From Octopus vulgaris (Eukaryota): DNA of 64,000 nucleotides. The notes under the pieces were generated by a model, which had not been told where the DNA came from, did no database searches, and saw only the letters and a program-made list of their open reading frames with translations. The stretch lies in NCBI GenBank assembly GCA_951406725.2, contig OX597815.1, positions 8,494,001 through 8,558,000 of the forward strand. Reading direction: 5' to 3'. The position numbers were made by a program, and so were the translations under genes. This document shows, in pieces, positions 61,495-64,000 of this stretch; position 1 is the stretch's first letter; each line of letters starts with the position of its first letter.

Positions 61495-62505
61495 AGGTCG
61501 GCTGAAAAGTTCAAAGGCTGACCAAGATACTCTCATGGAATGTGACCAAATCTGGTTGGTCAAAAAAGTCGCCAACAACAGATATGACGTCATCATCACT
61601 ACGATACTGCTTCCCAGCCAAGTGTTTTTTCATGTAGAGGACAGACAATAGTCAGATGTGGCCAAATCAGGAGAATAGGGAGAGTGAACAACCAGTTCAA
61701 GACTACAGTCACGCACAGCAGCCATTGAAACCAAGCCTCTGCATGGATTGTCTCTTTGTCTCTGGCTAAAAGTGATGAAGTCAACATCCATCATTAGTTT
61801 AGGAAATGTTCAAGGAAACCAGCTGGATCTGCCTCAAACTGTCAGATTTCCTCGTGCGCTTTTGATTGGGTGTCAGAAGACATGGCATTCACCGAGGCAG
61901 AAACGTTAGCAGGCCGGGTGAAATGCTTGGTGGTATTTCGCCTGCCGTTACATTCTGAGTTCAAATTCCGCCGAGGTCGACTTTGCCTTTCATCCTTTCG
62001 GGGTCGAAAAATTAAGTACCAGTTTCACACTGGGGTCGATATAATCGACTTAATCCGTTTGTCTGTCCTTGTTTGTCTCCTATGTATTTAGCCTCTTGTG
62101 GGTAATAAAGAAATAGGTATTTCGTCTGCCGTTACGTTCTGCGTTCAAATTCTGCCGAGGTCAACTTTGCCTTTCATCCTTTTTGGGGTCGATAAATTAA
62201 GTACCAGTTTCGCACTGGAGTCGATGTAATCAACTTAATCCGTTTGTCTGTCCTTGTTTGTCCCCTCTGTGTTTTTAGCCCCTTGTGGGCAATCAAGAAA
62301 TAAGAAACCTTCGTCATGTCAAGTTCATTGAGCAGAATATTCTCAACTCCTTCACCATGTGGTGAACATGATCAAGGTTTCCTTCGGTGACAGCAGCTGC
62401 AGAACGTTCAGACCTTGGATCATTTTCAAAACTTTCCTCTCCCTTCCTAAATTCAGCTGCCCCCTTTTGCACTGTTGATAAAGCTGGTGCGTCATCCTCC
62501 AATGC
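61495..62505 (-). mobile_element. mariner transposase fragments split by a SINE
   Basis: APALSTVQKGAAEFRKGEESFENDPRS (62314-62502) and HSPYSPDLATSD (about 61650-61686). Confidence 0.75.
61893..62305 (+). mobile_element. Meta-domain SINE (family B), dimer
   Basis: Head plus two units joined at AAAGAAATA|GGTATTTCGTCTG. Confidence 0.88.
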
Positions 62506-64000
62506 AGCAACCCTCGTAGGATAGCTTGTTGCATTAGGTCTTCATTGTCGCATGGGTGAGTCGGTCTTCACCGTCGCCGTGGTTTGGGTGTAAGATTATT
62601 AGTGATTAGGCTAGCTGCTTGACATAGGAACAAGGACAACACTCGCAAATATTTTATGATATAATATTTCCTATTATGATATAATAGGAAAGGTTTTACA
62701 CACGCACATTCAGATAGCCACAATAGAGGCTTAGAACATAAGGATCTACTTTCAGAGTGTCTAAATTCTACGGTCCTTAATGGCTTATCCAAGGGACGGG
62801 AATGAATTGGCTTTGAATGGAAATTGAGACGTAAGTTCATCCAAAATTACTCAAGGCCCTGCCATTGATTTGTATGGCGAGAGGGGAGAAAACTGAATTG
62901 AAATTATGGTGCTTACATACAGAAGTGCATTAGAGACAAGTGATTCTTTATAACGCAGTCGCGAAGGTACCAAGAATCCTGTGTTGCTCTCTGGTGAGTC
63001 TCTCAACCTTTGCAATAGTTGTGGATGGCTTGACAATAGGTGGGGTGCGTGTTCTTCGGTTGCCCTTAACACAGCGCTTGATCTTCGCGGGTTTTGCTTA
63101 TCACTAGGGAAAAGCGTGCGAATCGTAAGGACATTTGCTTTTGTTCTAACTTTGTGGCGTTATATCCTAGAAGCCAATTGGTCGATAAATATAATGTACA
63201 CTTGAAACATATGTGGTTTCTCATGGGCTAGCCTGATAACTTAGAAAATGGGTTCGAATCCTAGGTCTTGCTATACAGTCATAAAGAGAACACACTTTTG
63301 TAGGACTTGTTTACGGCGTTGGATACCCATTCAAATGAATTTGTTTTTTAAAAATATATTGAACCCAATTGTTGTATTATGTGTTCGTAGCATCGAAACG
63401 GAAATGGAATGACAAGTCTATTTATTACTATACGAGAAAACTGAAGTAGGTCTGCTGGTTTACCGTTGCCGTTCAATTTGAATCATTGCGATTTGGAAAC
63501 GAGAATCTTCATATAAGTCGACAACAAAAAAGTACTCAAGTAATTAAGCAATAGTAGAATGATTGAATCGGAATTGACAGTTTGCAAGTACTTAAAGTCG
63601 TTTAAATCGGTGCCTGATTTTATTGATCTCGAGAGAACTAAAGGTAAACTTGACCTCTGCTAAAAGTAAAGGATCTTACCTAAATGCAAAATAATACCAA
63701 GCTCTGCAGGATTTGAACTCAAGAACATAAAGGTCCGTAACTAAATACAACAAGACATTTTGTACGACGCTCTTACAAGCTCTTAAAGCATTTTTTAAAA
63801 CGCTCGGCTTTCGATGTTCATGTACTATAAAAAAACAAAACCTTAACTAACGAGTGGCAGTCGTTAGAGCATTAAATAGTATGTCTCGCTGTATTAATTC
63901 CAACTTGCTGTGTTCTGAGTCCAGCTAGCGTTAATGTCAGTTTTCCTTTCATTCCTTCGGAGATCGATAGAAAGGGGTTAGCTAGGACAGTGTATCAGGG

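Noticed and set aside
62568-63205. Short ORFs near the window end
   Set aside because: Only vague resemblance to Penelope-like debris; too weak to call.

Overview
AT-rich, microsatellite-dense eukaryotic DNA made almost entirely of transposable-element debris. The SINE families and microsatellite load resemble an octopus (coleoid cephalopod) genome; this is inferred from repeat content and not verified. No intact host protein-coding gene, rRNA, genuine tRNA gene or CRISPR array was recognised; the window looks intronic or intergenic. Contents: four SINE families (a CORE-type tRNA SINE, a Meta-domain SINE that forms head-less tandem multimers, a tRNA-head SINE with three different tails, and a (GAT)n-tailed RTE-type short element); LINE fossils of the RTE, BovB-like RTE, CR1, Tx1/L1 and R4/Dong clades; Penelope-like fragments including a minimal hammerhead-ribozyme motif; a degenerate Gypsy LTR retrotransposon with both LTRs and a tRNA-Ser PBS; seven non-autonomous Helitrons plus a Pif1-helicase fossil; four GG...CC / 8-9-bp-TSD TIR families (Merlin-like); Tigger/pogo, mariner, Tc2-like and piggyBac-like elements. 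The most interesting observations are mechanistic: fixed-junction SINE multimers with a GGT insertion bias, a TSD-bounded SINE-head/LINE-tail chimera, a hammerhead motif nested in a SINE microsatellite, and TTAGGG arrays in unrelated MITEs. I found no convincing evidence for a wholly new biological system. Coordinates were read by eye and degraded ends are approximate.
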